DNA of 64,000 nt from a virus. The stretch lies in the IMG/VR virus record IMGVR_UViG_3300012919_000005, positions 1-64,000 of that record. The stretch is one strand, 5' to 3'. Of this stretch, positions 1 to 10,900 are shown one piece after another (the stretch's first letter is position 1; every line of letters begins with the position of its first letter). The position numbers and the translations under genes are program-made. A model generated the notes under the pieces. That model ran no database searches. It saw only the letters and a list, made by a program, of their open reading frames with translations, and was not told the DNA's origin.

Positions 1-3000
1 GCTGCTTTTAAGTTAGTTCCTGCTCTAGCACCTACAGTAGCACTTGCCTCTATGCCTGTTAGCTTACTATTCTGTGCTGAGTCTAATGAATTTAAATCAC
101 TTAGGCCGACATTACCTTTGTTAAATGCCTGTGTATCAATAACTGTGCTACCTTTTTTAATCCTAAAAGTTGTGTTGCCTGTAAAATCTACAGATAAGTC
201 GCTGTTCCTTACATCTTCATCACCTAAACTAGCACCACCACTATCTTTTAAATTTGTTCCTGCTACAGCTCCTAGTGTAGCTCCATCTTCGGGTAAAGTT
301 GTTGCAAATAATTTTCCTGTTCCAACTACATTGCTAGATACTATTTTATCATTTGAAAGCACTACGCTATTAAATGCAGAGTTTGCTCCTGTTATTTTAC
401 CATTTCCATCTATACTAATTGTTGAGTTTTTAAGAGTACTTGGTACAGTATCAGTTGAATTAGTATCTCCTGCTTTTGTAAGTGTAATGGTAGTTCCATC
501 TAAAGTAATGCCTAAGTCACTATTTAAGAATTTATTTGTATTTGTTTCGCCAGTACCACCTTTACCTGTAGGCACTGCTCTGTTTACATCTCCATTTGCT
601 GCTAATCCTGCAAAGCCTCTGGCTGCTCCAGTTTTAGTATTTCCAGAGTCAACTATATTATTTATATTTGGTGCTACTGCTGTTGTGCCATCATAGTTTA
701 TTGTACCGTCTGCATTTGTTGTTATCCTATCATTGAATAGTTGTGTTGCACTTGTAACTTGGTCAAATCCTGTGTCATTTACATCAGGTCTTATTTTGAT
801 TCTTCTATTTGTATCATCTATTTCTATTCTAAAATCATCTGGAGGTAGTCTTAACCAACTTGAAACTCCTCTTACAGTATCAAAAGTTACACTACCATCG
901 CCTTCTCTAAAGCTAAATCCTGAAACAGCATAAGGTGGTAAAGGCTTGGATAGACTCCAGCCACTTGTTAAACCAGTTAAAGATTTAGTAGAAAATACAA
1001 AAGCACTTGCAGTTGGAGTACTTGGTAAAGAACTAGTACCATTCCAAGCACTAAAATATACATTACCTTTTACAAACTGAGGAGAGTCGGCAGGAGCAGA
1101 AGTTACAAACTGATCTGCTAATGTATAAGCTGTGCTTCCATTTGTGGTTATTCGTGCAAGTATAAAGTCTGAATTTGTATCTGGTATAAAGCTTTGTTTA
1201 AAATATTCAGCTTCATTATAAGGTCTATTTGTTGTTTCATCTAAAAATAATAAAGTGTCGCTTTCTACAAATCTTACCCTAGCATATGTAATTAAAGGTG
1301 TAAAAGTTAAAGTAACACCACTATTTATTGTTTGTTGATTTGATAAAGTTAAACTTGTTCCACTAATTTCTGAGACATGGCATGGATTAATTATTCCAGT
1401 TCCTGTTACTGTTTGACCAACTTTTATATTACTATTTGTACTAGAAAGAGTAACTGATTTAGAATTTGTAATAGAGCCGCTTGTTGTTCTAGTAGTACTA
1501 CTTCCACCAGCTATTCTAAATAAATCTCCTGCTATAAAATCAGACTCAAAAGAAGTTCCTGTACCATTTACTTGATTTGAAAATTGATTTATTTGTATAC
1601 TACCACTTCCTGCTGTTAGACCATTATTAGAGGCTCCTACTTCTTTTATGTAGTTTATTGATGGAGTACTTCCACTATCTGTATGTACTTGTATTGCTTT
1701 TAATCTATCTGTAGATTCGCTTGTATCAAAAAGTAAAAATGCTTCTGCACTTGCTCCCATACCTGCAAATGCTTGAGTATGAGTAGCAGAATTGCTATTA
1801 GTATTAGAAAATATAGAACCATCTGGAGAAGTCATTGTATAAGTGCTGCTTCCAAGAGAAACTGTACCATTTGCTGCTAAGCCAATTGTTTGATTTACTT
1901 CACCACCTCTTTGTATTTGTTCTAATCTTGATTTTGTTGGTGGAAGTAATTCTCTTTCTGTAATAGTTACTTCTCTTTGTAAAAATGGAGAAACTGTTCC
2001 AATACTTGATTTAGTTCTAATTTTTACTCTATATGTTCCTGCTGAGACATTATTTACATTTAAGGCTTGTTCTGAAGAACCTACGAGTTCTACAGTTTTT
2101 GAATTTAAAAAATCATGTTGAATTTCAAATCCATTACAAAATTTATACTTTGCCCCGTTTTCTTGTGGGTAATCCCATGTAATAACAACTTTGTGTCCTG
2201 TAAGAGTTCCATCATCTGTAGATCCATCAGTATCTTCTGTAGTTATTGGTTGAACATTTATAACTATATTTCTAGGAGAAGGAACTATATCTTCTGGATC
2301 AGGCATTGTTTTTAGAGGCCTAGGAGCAATATTGTAACCTCTCTCTATTTCTAAAAATTTATTTTTGTGGTAAAGTGACCCTGTTATTTCATACAGAAAA
2401 TCATCTTCTTCATTTACTGTTATTACTCTATATTCTTTTGCAGTTCCTGTTTTTACAGTACCATCAGTATTATAAAGTTTTAATGCCCATATAACTTCAG
2501 CATTTGGCACAGAACTAAAAGCACTTGCAACTGTTAAAGAATTTACATTTCCTGCTGAAGTAGTAACTCTTTGTCTTTCTACCCTAGTATTTTCTGACCA
2601 TACAACATTTATTGGATTATTACTGTCATCTTTGGCATTGGCTGCTGCTGTTGAGCTGGTAATACTTAGTATTAAATCTCCCTCAAAGAAAGTTGTGCCA
2701 CCAATTATTGCACTTTCTTCTTGTAAGTATGCTCCACCGCTTGGATAAATTAAATGAAGCTCATGTTTAAAATTACTATTATATGCAGGAAGAGAAATTG
2801 TTCTATCTAAAGGAATTACTGTAGTTGATCTTGTTCCAGAATTAGATACACGACCAGAGTAAGAAGATCTATCTCTGTCTGCATCTTGTACAAGTATTAT
2901 ATCTCCAGGTTTTAAACTTGCAGCATTTAAAGAAGTTGAAAAAGATACTGTTTCATTTTCATTTTGTTCACTTAGTAACTTCCACTTTCCTAATCTATGC

Positions 3001-5198
3001 GCCTGTCCTCTTGAGGTACACCCAAAAGCTAGTTGTTCTGACCTTACAATTCTTCCTGTATCCGCTATAGAGTCATAGTCTTCTACGTATTCTGTTGACT
3101 GTCTAAAATTGTCATCTGGGTCGTTCCAAGTTACTTTTACCTGATTAGTTCTAACTCTATCTCCTGTTCCTTCATAGTTAAATTGACCACCTATAATATT
3201 ACCTTTTGTAAATTGAAAAACAGGTTGTTTTGGTCTGTCTACTGCAACAGTAAGGCTCCCTTCATTCCATAATGCAATCCCTCTAAAAATACTAGCAAAT
3301 TGTTTTAATACTGTTGTTGCTTCTGCACCTTTTCCTAGATATACATTACAAGTAAATCTAGGTTCTGTTCCACCATTTCCATCGGGAACTAATTCGTCAC
3401 AATATTTTGCAATTCTAAATAGCTCGTATATATCTATTTGAGACTTATCAATAAATTGCCCAATACCGTATCTTTCATTAGTTAGTAAATCATAAAATAC
3501 CCAAACTGGATTATCGCAAAAAACTTTATTATGATTAATAGAAGATTCATTAAAAGTATTTACATCTCCTCTAAAATTTCCGTCCCAGTTTTGATAAGAG
3601 CTTTCTGTTGCTCCTGTGCTTACATTTCTTGTATACGAAGCAGCTGTTCCTGTTTCTTCACGAGTACGGTAATTTGTTGGAACTTGAATTTTTAATCCTT
3701 TTAAAGTAAAGGATCTTTCAGGAAGTTGACTATTAAAATCTTTTGCATTAAATGAAGTTGCCGCGTAAGCACTATGAGGATAAGAAAACTTATCTTTAAC
3801 TATAGATTCTACAGTTTGTAGTGTACAAGGATTTGTATGTTGAAAAGAACTATCTTTAAAATTTAAATCATTTATTCTTCTAATACGAATTCTCCAATCA
3901 TCATAAGGTTGGAACTGTTCTGTATTTATTACAAATTCTTCTACAAAACTAGTATATTGAGGAGAGTCTGGTTTAATTTGACCATTATTTATAAAATTAA
4001 ATCCTGAAATAAATGCATTAATTCCTTCAGAACGATTAAGTATATCATTATCAGAATCACCAAAAGCTAACGCGCTAATAGGAAAACTAGAGCCTCCATC
4101 TGTACTAAATTCAAAGAATATCTGTAGTTCAACAAAAGAAGGACCTTTTGCTCCACTACTACTTTTTAATGCGTGACACTGTGGAAAATTAAAAGTTAAA
4201 TGAATTTCATCTACTTCACTAGGGTTAGATACACCTAAAAATGCTGAAGTTAGTAGAGTATCTGCTGCTGTTCCTTGATTTTGACTTTCTTCATCTATTT
4301 CTGCATCATTATAGTTTCCACCGTTTTTAGCAGCATTACCTGTTGTTCCAATGTTTGCTCGAATGTTATTTTGTAACATTTCTATATTTGGACTTGCAAT
4401 AATTGAAGATTGCCCAAAATTAGTATTTAAAATTATAGGGTCTTGACTAATAGTTCCTGTTGCTAAACTAAATCCAAAGTTTTCAATATTACATAAACTT
4501 TCAAGTTTAGTTTGACTTATATCTGCGCCGGAGATACTTACAGGAGTTCCAGTAAGTGTTACACCCGCATTTGCGAACAAAGTTGCAGTATTTCCTGAGA
4601 TGCTTGCTATTGTAGTAACTAAATCTACATGTAAGTCTTTATTTGATACTGTTGTTGAAATAGGCTGAGAAGTTCTAATCTGTGTAGAACTGATAAAAGT
4701 TGCTTTTGTTACTAAAGTTGAACCTGAAGGTCCTGCTCCTTCTAATCTTACAAAACCTTGAATCTTATTATTAAATAGTTGGTTTATCATTGCAGTAGTA
4801 AAAAAACTACTACCTGTTGTTATTATATTTGTATCGGCAGTTGCACTTGCATTTGTTGCTTTTGCTAATGCAGATTGTACTACTACATGTCTTGTACCTA
4901 ACCTTAAACCTGATAAGTTATCTAAAACTAAATCATCTATTTCTCCGAATTGAACATGAGAAACTTGATTAGATCCTGAGGTAGTATTCGAAGTTGCGCC
5001 TCTAAATTTTATTATTTCATTCGCAGTTTTGTCAAATACTGGAATATCATTAATAAATACAGAAGATAAACCATTTGCTAAGCCTTCTATCTCGCCTTCA
5101 CTTAATAAATCGTAAGTAACAGCTACCTGACTTTTATCTGGTTTCTTTCTATCTGTATTAGTTTTTACTCCAAAAGGTACTGAACTATATCTTGCCAT
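1..5198 (-). CDS. Central tail fibre / host-specificity protein J-like (TipJ), runs off the window edge
   Basis: ATG at 5198 overlaps the upstream stop. N-terminus ...VTYDLLSEGEIEGLANGLSSVFINDIP is typical of gpJ. Internal CDNPVWVFYDLLTNERYG, EPRFTCNVY and AFGCTSRGQAHRLGKW motifs. Absent from the ORF track, consistent with no stop inside the window. Confidence 0.9.
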   Translation of the reverse strand, partial: MARYSSVPFGVKTNTDRKKPDKSQVAVTYDLLSEGEIEGLANGLSSVFINDIPVFDKTANEIIKFRGATSNTTSGSNQVSHVQFGEIDDLVLDNLSGLRLGTRHVVVQSALAKATNASATADTNIITTGSSFFTTAMINQLFNNKIQGFVRLEGAGPSGSTLVTKATFISSTQIRTSQPISTTVSNKDLHVDLVTTIASISGNTATLFANAGVTLTGTPVSISGADISQTKLESLCNIENFGFSLATGTISQDPIILNTNFGQSSIIASPNIEMLQNNIRANIGTTGNAAKNGGNYNDAEIDEESQNQGTAADTLLTSAFLGVSNPSEVDEIHLTFNFPQCHALKSSSGAKGPSFVELQIFFEFSTDGGSSFPISALAFGDSDNDILNRSEGINAFISGFNFINNGQIKPDSPQYTSFVEEFVINTEQFQPYDDWRIRIRRINDLNFKDSSFQHTNPCTLQTVESIVKDKFSYPHSAYAATSFNAKDFNSQLPERSFTLKGLKIQVPTNYRTREETGTAASYTRNVSTGATESSYQNWDGNFRGDVNTFNESSINHNKVFCDNPVWVFYDLLTNERYGIGQFIDKSQIDIYELFRIAKYCDELVPDGNGGTEPRFTCNVYLGKGAEATTVLKQFASIFRGIALWNEGSLTVAVDRPKQPVFQFTKGNIIGGQFNYEGTGDRVRTNQVKVTWNDPDDNFRQSTEYVEDYDSIADTGRIVRSEQLAFGCTSRGQAHRLGKWKLLSEQNENETVSFSTSLNAASLKPGDIILVQDADRDRSSYSGRVSNSGTRSTTVIPLDRTISLPAYNSNFKHELHLIYPSGGAYLQEESAIIGGTTFFEGDLILSITSSTAAANAKDDSNNPINVVWSENTRVERQRVTTSAGNVNSLTVASAFSSVPNAEVIWALKLYNTDGTVKTGTAKEYRVITVNEEDDFLYEITGSLYHKNKFLEIERGYNIAPRPLKTMPDPEDIVPSPRNIVINVQPITTEDTDGSTDDGTLTGHKVVITWDYPQENGAKYKFCNGFEIQHDFLNSKTVELVGSSEQALNVNNVSAGTYRVKIRTKSSIGTVSPFLQREVTITERELLPPTKSRLEQIQRGGEVNQTIGLAANGTVSLGSSTYTMTSPDGSIFSNTNSNSATHTQAFAGMGASAEAFLLFDTSESTDRLKAIQVHTDSGSTPSINYIKEVGASNNGLTAGSGSIQINQFSNQVNGTGTSFESDFIAGDLFRIAGGSSTTRTTSGSITNSKSVTLSSTNSNIKVGQTVTGTGIINPCHVSEISGTSLTLSNQQTINSGVTLTFTPLITYARVRFVESDTLLFLDETTNRPYNEAEYFKQSFIPDTNSDFILARITTNGSTAYTLADQFVTSAPADSPQFVKGNVYFSAWNGTSSLPSTPTASAFVFSTKSLTGLTSGWSLSKPLPPYAVSGFSFREGDGSVTFDTVRGVSSWLRLPPDDFRIEIDDTNRRIKIRPDVNDTGFDQVTSATQLFNDRITTNADGTINYDGTTAVAPNINNIVDSGNTKTGAARGFAGLAANGDVNRAVPTGKGGTGETNTNKFLNSDLGITLDGTTITLTKAGDTNSTDTVPSTLKNSTISIDGNGKITGANSAFNSVVLSNDKIVSSNVVGTGKLFATTLPEDGATLGAVAGTNLKDSGGASLGDEDVRNSDLSVDFTGNTTFRIKKGSTVIDTQAFNKGNVGLSDLNSLDSAQNSKLTGIEASATVGARAGTNLKA

Positions 5199-6064
5199 TA
5201 TCTATGTGCCGTGCCTCCGCCACTACCGCCCGAACTACCACCACTTGAAGCAGTACCCCCGCTTGCACTCCCAATATAAGAAGGCAGTGCTGTGCCTGCC
5301 TGCATATCAAATGTTGTGTTATTTATTTCGCCTGATTGAAAACCCTGACTCAATACAGACCCGCCTATTTTCATAGTTCCATATAGTACTGGAACTGGTT
5401 GTCCTTGTTCAATGTTAGAATTTGCTCCATTAAATAGGAATGAAGGATCGCTTGTTTGATCTCCGGGGTCTGGCATCATATATTCTGTTAGCCCTGTAAT
5501 ACCTAACATAGCTCCTGTTCCCATAACTGCATACCCTGCAGTATTTAGAGAAGCCCCATACTTTAATGCTTCTGATGTAGTCAAAGCAGCTGCTCTTTCT
5601 TGTCCTACGCTTACTGCTATATCAGTTGTCATTGATATTGTTTCTCCTGTGCTAGCAAATTGTACACTTCCTAATTCTACAGTCTTACTACTTGTAGTTG
5701 CTCCCATTGTACCCCCTTCTGTCATTGCGCCACCTAATCCAGGTAGATGAAATAGCCCATACATTATAAAAACTGCAGCAATAAGTTTTTTAATACCTTT
5801 ACCAGAACCTGCAGGAACTGGAGTTATAACAACAGTGTCTTTTAGAATTGGAAGTATAAAGTCATTTAAATCATCATCTAAAAAATCATTTCCATTTTTT
5901 ACTGTAAATCCTATACCTTTATTTGCACATTCTACTAAATAATCTTGTAACCCATCATATTGACAATCAATTAACTTAAAAATTTCACGCAAAGAACTAG
6001 ACCCAGATTTCCAATCTGTGCCAAATTTTTCTCCTAATTCTCCTAATAATTTAACATGGGTCAT
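5198..6064 (-). CDS. Tail assembly protein I-like
   Basis: VKLLGELGEKFG N-terminus and SFLFNG...QGQPVPVLYG motif; lies between the K-like and J-like genes. Confidence 0.85.
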   Translation of the reverse strand: MTHVKLLGELGEKFGTDWKSGSSSLREIFKLIDCQYDGLQDYLVECANKGIGFTVKNGNDFLDDDLNDFILPILKDTVVITPVPAGSGKGIKKLIAAVFIMYGLFHLPGLGGAMTEGGTMGATTSSKTVELGSVQFASTGETISMTTDIAVSVGQERAAALTTSEALKYGASLNTAGYAVMGTGAMLGITGLTEYMMPDPGDQTSDPSFLFNGANSNIEQGQPVPVLYGTMKIGGSVLSQGFQSGEINNTTFDMQAGTALPSYIGSASGGTASSGGSSGGSGGGTAHR

Positions 6065-6398
6065 AAATATATTCTCCTTTTTCTGGTAGTGATACGATTA
6101 GATATGGTATACCTAAAATTTTTGCAGCATCTTTATCATGCTGACTTGGGCGACAATCTTGCATATAGTGACTATGGACTACATATAATATTTTTGAAAT
6201 AATCGAGTACTTAACGAATTCTTTTGGGTCAATCTCAAAGTGATTTTTTGTTTCACTCATATTTCTCAGAGGAATAAAAGAAGGGTCGTCTTCGTCAATA
6301 ATCAATCCACATCCTTCCATTGGAGCCGCTTTTGCCATATGGTCATAGATTTCTGGTAGTAGTTTACTTAAATTTTCTTGCACCTGGAAATCCTCCAA
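6051..6398 (-). CDS. Tail assembly protein K-like, JAB/MPN domain only
   Basis: PMEGCGLI...VVHSH...PSQHD JAMM motif; no NlpC/P60 domain; start uncertain. Confidence 0.8.
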   Translation of the reverse strand: MEDFQVQENLSKLLPEIYDHMAKAAPMEGCGLIIDEDDPSFIPLRNMSETKNHFEIDPKEFVKYSIISKILYVVHSHYMQDCRPSQHDKDAAKILGIPYLIVSLPEKGEYIYDPC

Positions 6399-7575
6399 AA
6401 GGTAATACTTTACTTGTATCTTTTAAAGCTTTACCTGTACTACTTGCTGTTCCTGAATTTATAGGATTAAATCCAAATCTACATTGACAAGAAGAAACTC
6501 TTTTTCCACAAAGATCTCCTCTTCTCCAATACTGTCCAAATCCAGGTACATTACCCTGTGTTGTTATTTTTGCTTTCCATATAAAAGCAGTTCCTGAAGT
6601 AGCTTTTACATAGTTATTATGCCTATCATCAGTATAAGCATAGTAAGTTGTACTTGCATTATAGTTTTCAAATACTCTAATTCTGCTCCAGTCATCACTA
6701 CTATCAGAGGGTGCCTCAGTAGTAGCTCTTATTGTTTGCCAGTAATTTATTACAGTACTGCCATCTGCCCCTGTGTCGATTGTACCATCTTTATTATATC
6801 TTCTTACGCCACTTGCTATTCCAAGAGTAGTTGTAGTTTTATGATAAGTATTTGCAACTTTAGTCCCTGAAGTATAAGTCGAAAAACTAGTTGAAGATGG
6901 TAAAAGATATTCATCATCTTCATTTACATATACATTATAAGTTGTTCCAGTTATATTATATTTTCCTTCTTCGTGCCAAGTACACCCTCCTCTTCTTTCA
7001 GAAATTGATTTAGTAGGACTTACTCCTTGAAATACCCATGGACATGCATTATGCCCTACCACACGGTAAGGAAGTACTAATCCTTCTACACTGAAAGGGC
7101 TTGTTACTTCAAAGGCAACTTCTAGTGCATTCTCTGTTTCTACTCTGTCAATAACCCATACTTGTCTACCAAACTCTATTGGAGTATTTCCACTGCCAGG
7201 GTCTGCACTCCCGTCTTTTAAATATTTAGCTAGTGTTTTTCTTCTGTAAAGTTTTTTACCGACTAAAGATTGAAAATCTGAAGTTCCTAATTCTGTTTCA
7301 AAGTCTGTAGTAATATTTGAAAATCGTATAACAGGCCTAGGTGCTGTACCTTGACCACTAATTTCGAATCCTTCTTGTTCTATTGGAACTGCTTGATATG
7401 TTCGTAAAGTACTATTATTATCATAATCATACATTTGAATAGCATTTAAATCACTATCTAAAGCATGAGTAAAGAAAGCTTTTCCTGTTGTAATTTTGTC
7501 TATTTCATATAAAGTTACAAGTCCAGAAGATTGTTCTAAACCTTGAACTTCCTTGATTGCAATTTTTTCCGTCAT
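6364..7575 (-). CDS. Minor tail protein L-like
   Basis: VTLYEID, PRPVIRFSN, RRKTLAKYL, Cys motifs (NACPW, GGCTW, DLCGKRVSSC) and C-terminal LPFGGFPG. Confidence 0.85.
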   Translation of the reverse strand: MTEKIAIKEVQGLEQSSGLVTLYEIDKITTGKAFFTHALDSDLNAIQMYDYDNNSTLRTYQAVPIEQEGFEISGQGTAPRPVIRFSNITTDFETELGTSDFQSLVGKKLYRRKTLAKYLKDGSADPGSGNTPIEFGRQVWVIDRVETENALEVAFEVTSPFSVEGLVLPYRVVGHNACPWVFQGVSPTKSISERRGGCTWHEEGKYNITGTTYNVYVNEDDEYLLPSSTSFSTYTSGTKVANTYHKTTTTLGIASGVRRYNKDGTIDTGADGSTVINYWQTIRATTEAPSDSSDDWSRIRVFENYNASTTYYAYTDDRHNNYVKATSGTAFIWKAKITTQGNVPGFGQYWRRGDLCGKRVSSCQCRFGFNPINSGTASSTGKALKDTSKVLPFGGFPGARKFK

Positions 7576-7958
7576 GCCTCATAACACCTTATTAAAGAAC
7601 ACGATAAACTGTAAAAGTTATCATACGCCCATGTTTGATTCCATGTTTGACAAAGCACTTTTATAGTTTCATTTCCATTTGTATCGTCTATAATTAATTC
7701 AAATTTATCTACACCTCCTAAACTTTCAAAGAAAGCTACCAAATCATCTATCTCTGCTTTTGGTCGTGTACTAAATGATACAGTCATTGTTTGTTGTAAA
7801 TTATTTATTCCATCAGCTATTCTCTGGCTATACCCATCGCCAAATCCTGATGTATGAACTTTTGGAGAAGAAGATCTAGTAAATCCTTTATCTACAGGAA
7901 CTACCGCAGAAAATCCACTTATATTTGCTCCACCATTTTGTCTTATTCCTGTTGCCAT
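7572..7958 (-). CDS. Minor tail protein M-like (distal tail)
   Basis: FGDGYSQRIADGIN motif; directly follows the tape measure gene. Confidence 0.85.
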   Translation of the reverse strand: MATGIRQNGGANISGFSAVVPVDKGFTRSSSPKVHTSGFGDGYSQRIADGINNLQQTMTVSFSTRPKAEIDDLVAFFESLGGVDKFELIIDDTNGNETIKVLCQTWNQTWAYDNFYSLSCSLIRCYEA

Positions 7959-10900
7959 TATCTACTTAATACTCCTCCAGGTCTTTTTTCTCTCTGTATT
8001 GTTTCCATTACTGTTGCTGCAATTGCTTTTCCTAGAGCAGCTCCTTGTGCTCCATTCATTCCTGTTGAACTTGCATTACCACTATTATCAATATTAATAC
8101 TTATATTATTATTTGCACCGCCACCAGTCATGCTTACTGGAATACTTCTTCCATCTGGTAAAGGTACAACAGCTTCATTATGTTTACCTTCCCCTACTAA
8201 ATAAGTAGGCTCAGTTGCAATTCCGCCACCTCTATATCCTCGTATAACTCCACCTCTTGCCATAGGAATTGTTAAGCCAAACATATTTGTCATTATACTC
8301 ATTGCTACTTGTTGAGCTGCTATTTCTGCCATTTTTTTCAACATAAACATTGCTAAATCTGCAAAAGCTTCTTTTGCTGTTTTTGCTCCTGTAAAGAAGG
8401 CAGTAAACATATCCTCCATACCTTTAGCAAAACTATTTTGTAATTGACCCCCTAATGTTAAGGCTTCCTCTTGGAATCTAGTTTGTTCTTTTAATAATTT
8501 TAGTTTTGCTTCATTATTATGTATAGAGCTTAATTCTGTTTGAAATTCTTGACTACTTCTTGCAATATTTTTGTCCATTAAATTTTGTCTTTGTGTATCA
8601 ATAGATAGTTGCATTCTTGCAGCTTTAGTTTGTGCGTCTCTAATTCCTTGTTGTTTTAATGCAAACGATCCAAATTGTGTTCCTGCAAATGCAGTATTAA
8701 ATCCTAATCTTCCTGCAGATCTTTTAGCACTATTAATGTCCATTAAATTTTGTCTTTGTTTTAAAGCTAGATTATTTAATTGAATTTTTAATTGTTTTCT
8801 TTGTTCTTCTGTTAATAGTTCTGTTGTTCTTAATTCTGTCTCTGCAGTACTGACTTTCTCTCTTGCTAAATCAACTGCAAATTCAGCATCTTTTACATTT
8901 TCTTCTAATATTCCTCCGTTTTCTACGTAGGCATCTAAAGCTGCTTGATCTAACACTCCTTCCTCTGTCATAAACTCTGATGTAGTTTTATACCCTTTTT
9001 GTTCTAAAGCATTTAATGAAGCTTGCGCATTCCTTAAATCTTGTTTAACTTTTAGACTTTTTTCTTCTGCTTTTAAATTTTTTGTATTTAAATGTAATAG
9101 TTTATCTTCTATTGTTACAGCTCGAGAAGCTATACTTCTAGCTCTATTATTTGCTTCTAAAGTTTCTAATCTTTCTACTTCTTTGTCAACTATTTCTCCT
9201 AGCTCTACCTTAAAATTTTGTAGTACTTGAAGTCTTGCTCTATCTGTTGCTAGTTGATCTTTACTTTTTTGAGTTCTTTCTGATTCGTTCTCTACTCCTT
9301 CTTTTTCCATTGTAATTTGAGCTTCAACAGTTCTCATCATATCATTTAAAGCTCTTCTTTGATTTTGGAAAGGTAATCCTTTTCCTGCCATTCCTGTTAA
9401 AGATTGTTGATATGTTTTATTTACTTCAGATGCTTTTGCAACTCTGTCTGCCATACCAATAAAACGACCTTCTAATTTTCTTATATTCTCCGCTTGGTCT
9501 TTTGTTATAGGCTCTCCTCTAAGAAATTGATCGTATAAAGCTGCATATTCTTTTTTAAGAGGGCCTACAGCTGCATCTCTTAGAGTAGCTAAAGTTTCTC
9601 TTTGTTCTTGAAATTGTTTATTTAAATTTTTATTTGCAATCGTTGTTTCTTCCCCTACTTTAACAGTTTCGAAACTGGTACCTCCATAAGGTCCATTGCT
9701 CATACTTGTACGTTGTTCCATTATATCTTTTATCTGAGGATTTGTTTGCGCTGAAATAAATGACTGAGTTGCACCTTTCTCCATTAGAAGTTTTGCTATT
9801 GCTCTTCTATTTGCTTCAAAGTCTGCTAAAGATTTAAGTGTTCCTGCAGATTTTAACATATTTGCAAATTGTAATGAAGTTTCTTGTCCTTGAGCAATAA
9901 GACCTTCTTTTCTAACTTCTAGCATTTTTGCAAGCTCTTTATTTAACCCTTTTTGAGTTTCTGTAGCGGCTTGAATATCATCATTAATTGCTTTAAAAGG
10001 GCTTTCACCTCTTATCGCTTTAAATGCAGAAACCACAAGACTACCAATTAGAACTAATGCTCCAATAACTCCTGCTGCCATAAATGCTCTGTTCATTTGC
10101 TTTGCAGCAAACTGAGAAAATGTTATCATTCTTACTTGTGCTTTTCTGTATTGAAGTTCCATTTTTTGAGTTTGTAAATTAAAAAATGTAGCTGTTTTTT
10201 GAAATTCTCCTCTTTTCTTCTTTTCAGAAATTTCTAAAGATAGTAGTTGTATTCTTAAGTGTCTTTTATATTGTGCACGCTCTTTAGCATTTAACATATC
10301 TCTAAGCTTTCCGCCTCTTTTTAATTCTTTCATTTGAGCATCAATTGACCTACGAGTCATTTGTCCATGCATAACACTCACAGGTTTTAATCCCTCTCTT
10401 GATCTTAAATCATTTATTGCCGTGGAAGATGACTCTCTAAATCCTTTATTATCTCCAGTCATCATTAACATTTTTCCTTGCGTCTTTTGTATTTGTTTCT
10501 GTACTATACCAAAATTCTCTTTAGCTCTTTTTCCCATCTCGTCAAAGTTGGGAAGTATTGTTTTTATAATTGGAAGTGCAAAAAGACTTAATGCTGCTGT
10601 AAGTGCTGGAACATTATTAGAAAGAAATTGTATCATAGGTAATAAGGCACTACCTAGCAATACTTTGAATCTATTTAATAAATCATCAAAAGCAACTGCA
10701 AACTGTTGTAGTGCAAAAGCTGAAGGATCCATAATTTCTGTAATTCTACCAAATTTCATTTCTGCTTGACCAAGAACTTCATTCGCAACAGCTTGCGATT
10801 TTTCGAATTGGTTTAATTGTTCTTTTGATTTACCTACTGAATCTGCATAGGCTTTAAGTGCGGGTTCTAATCTAAGTATGATACCTAGTTCGTCTAGTAA

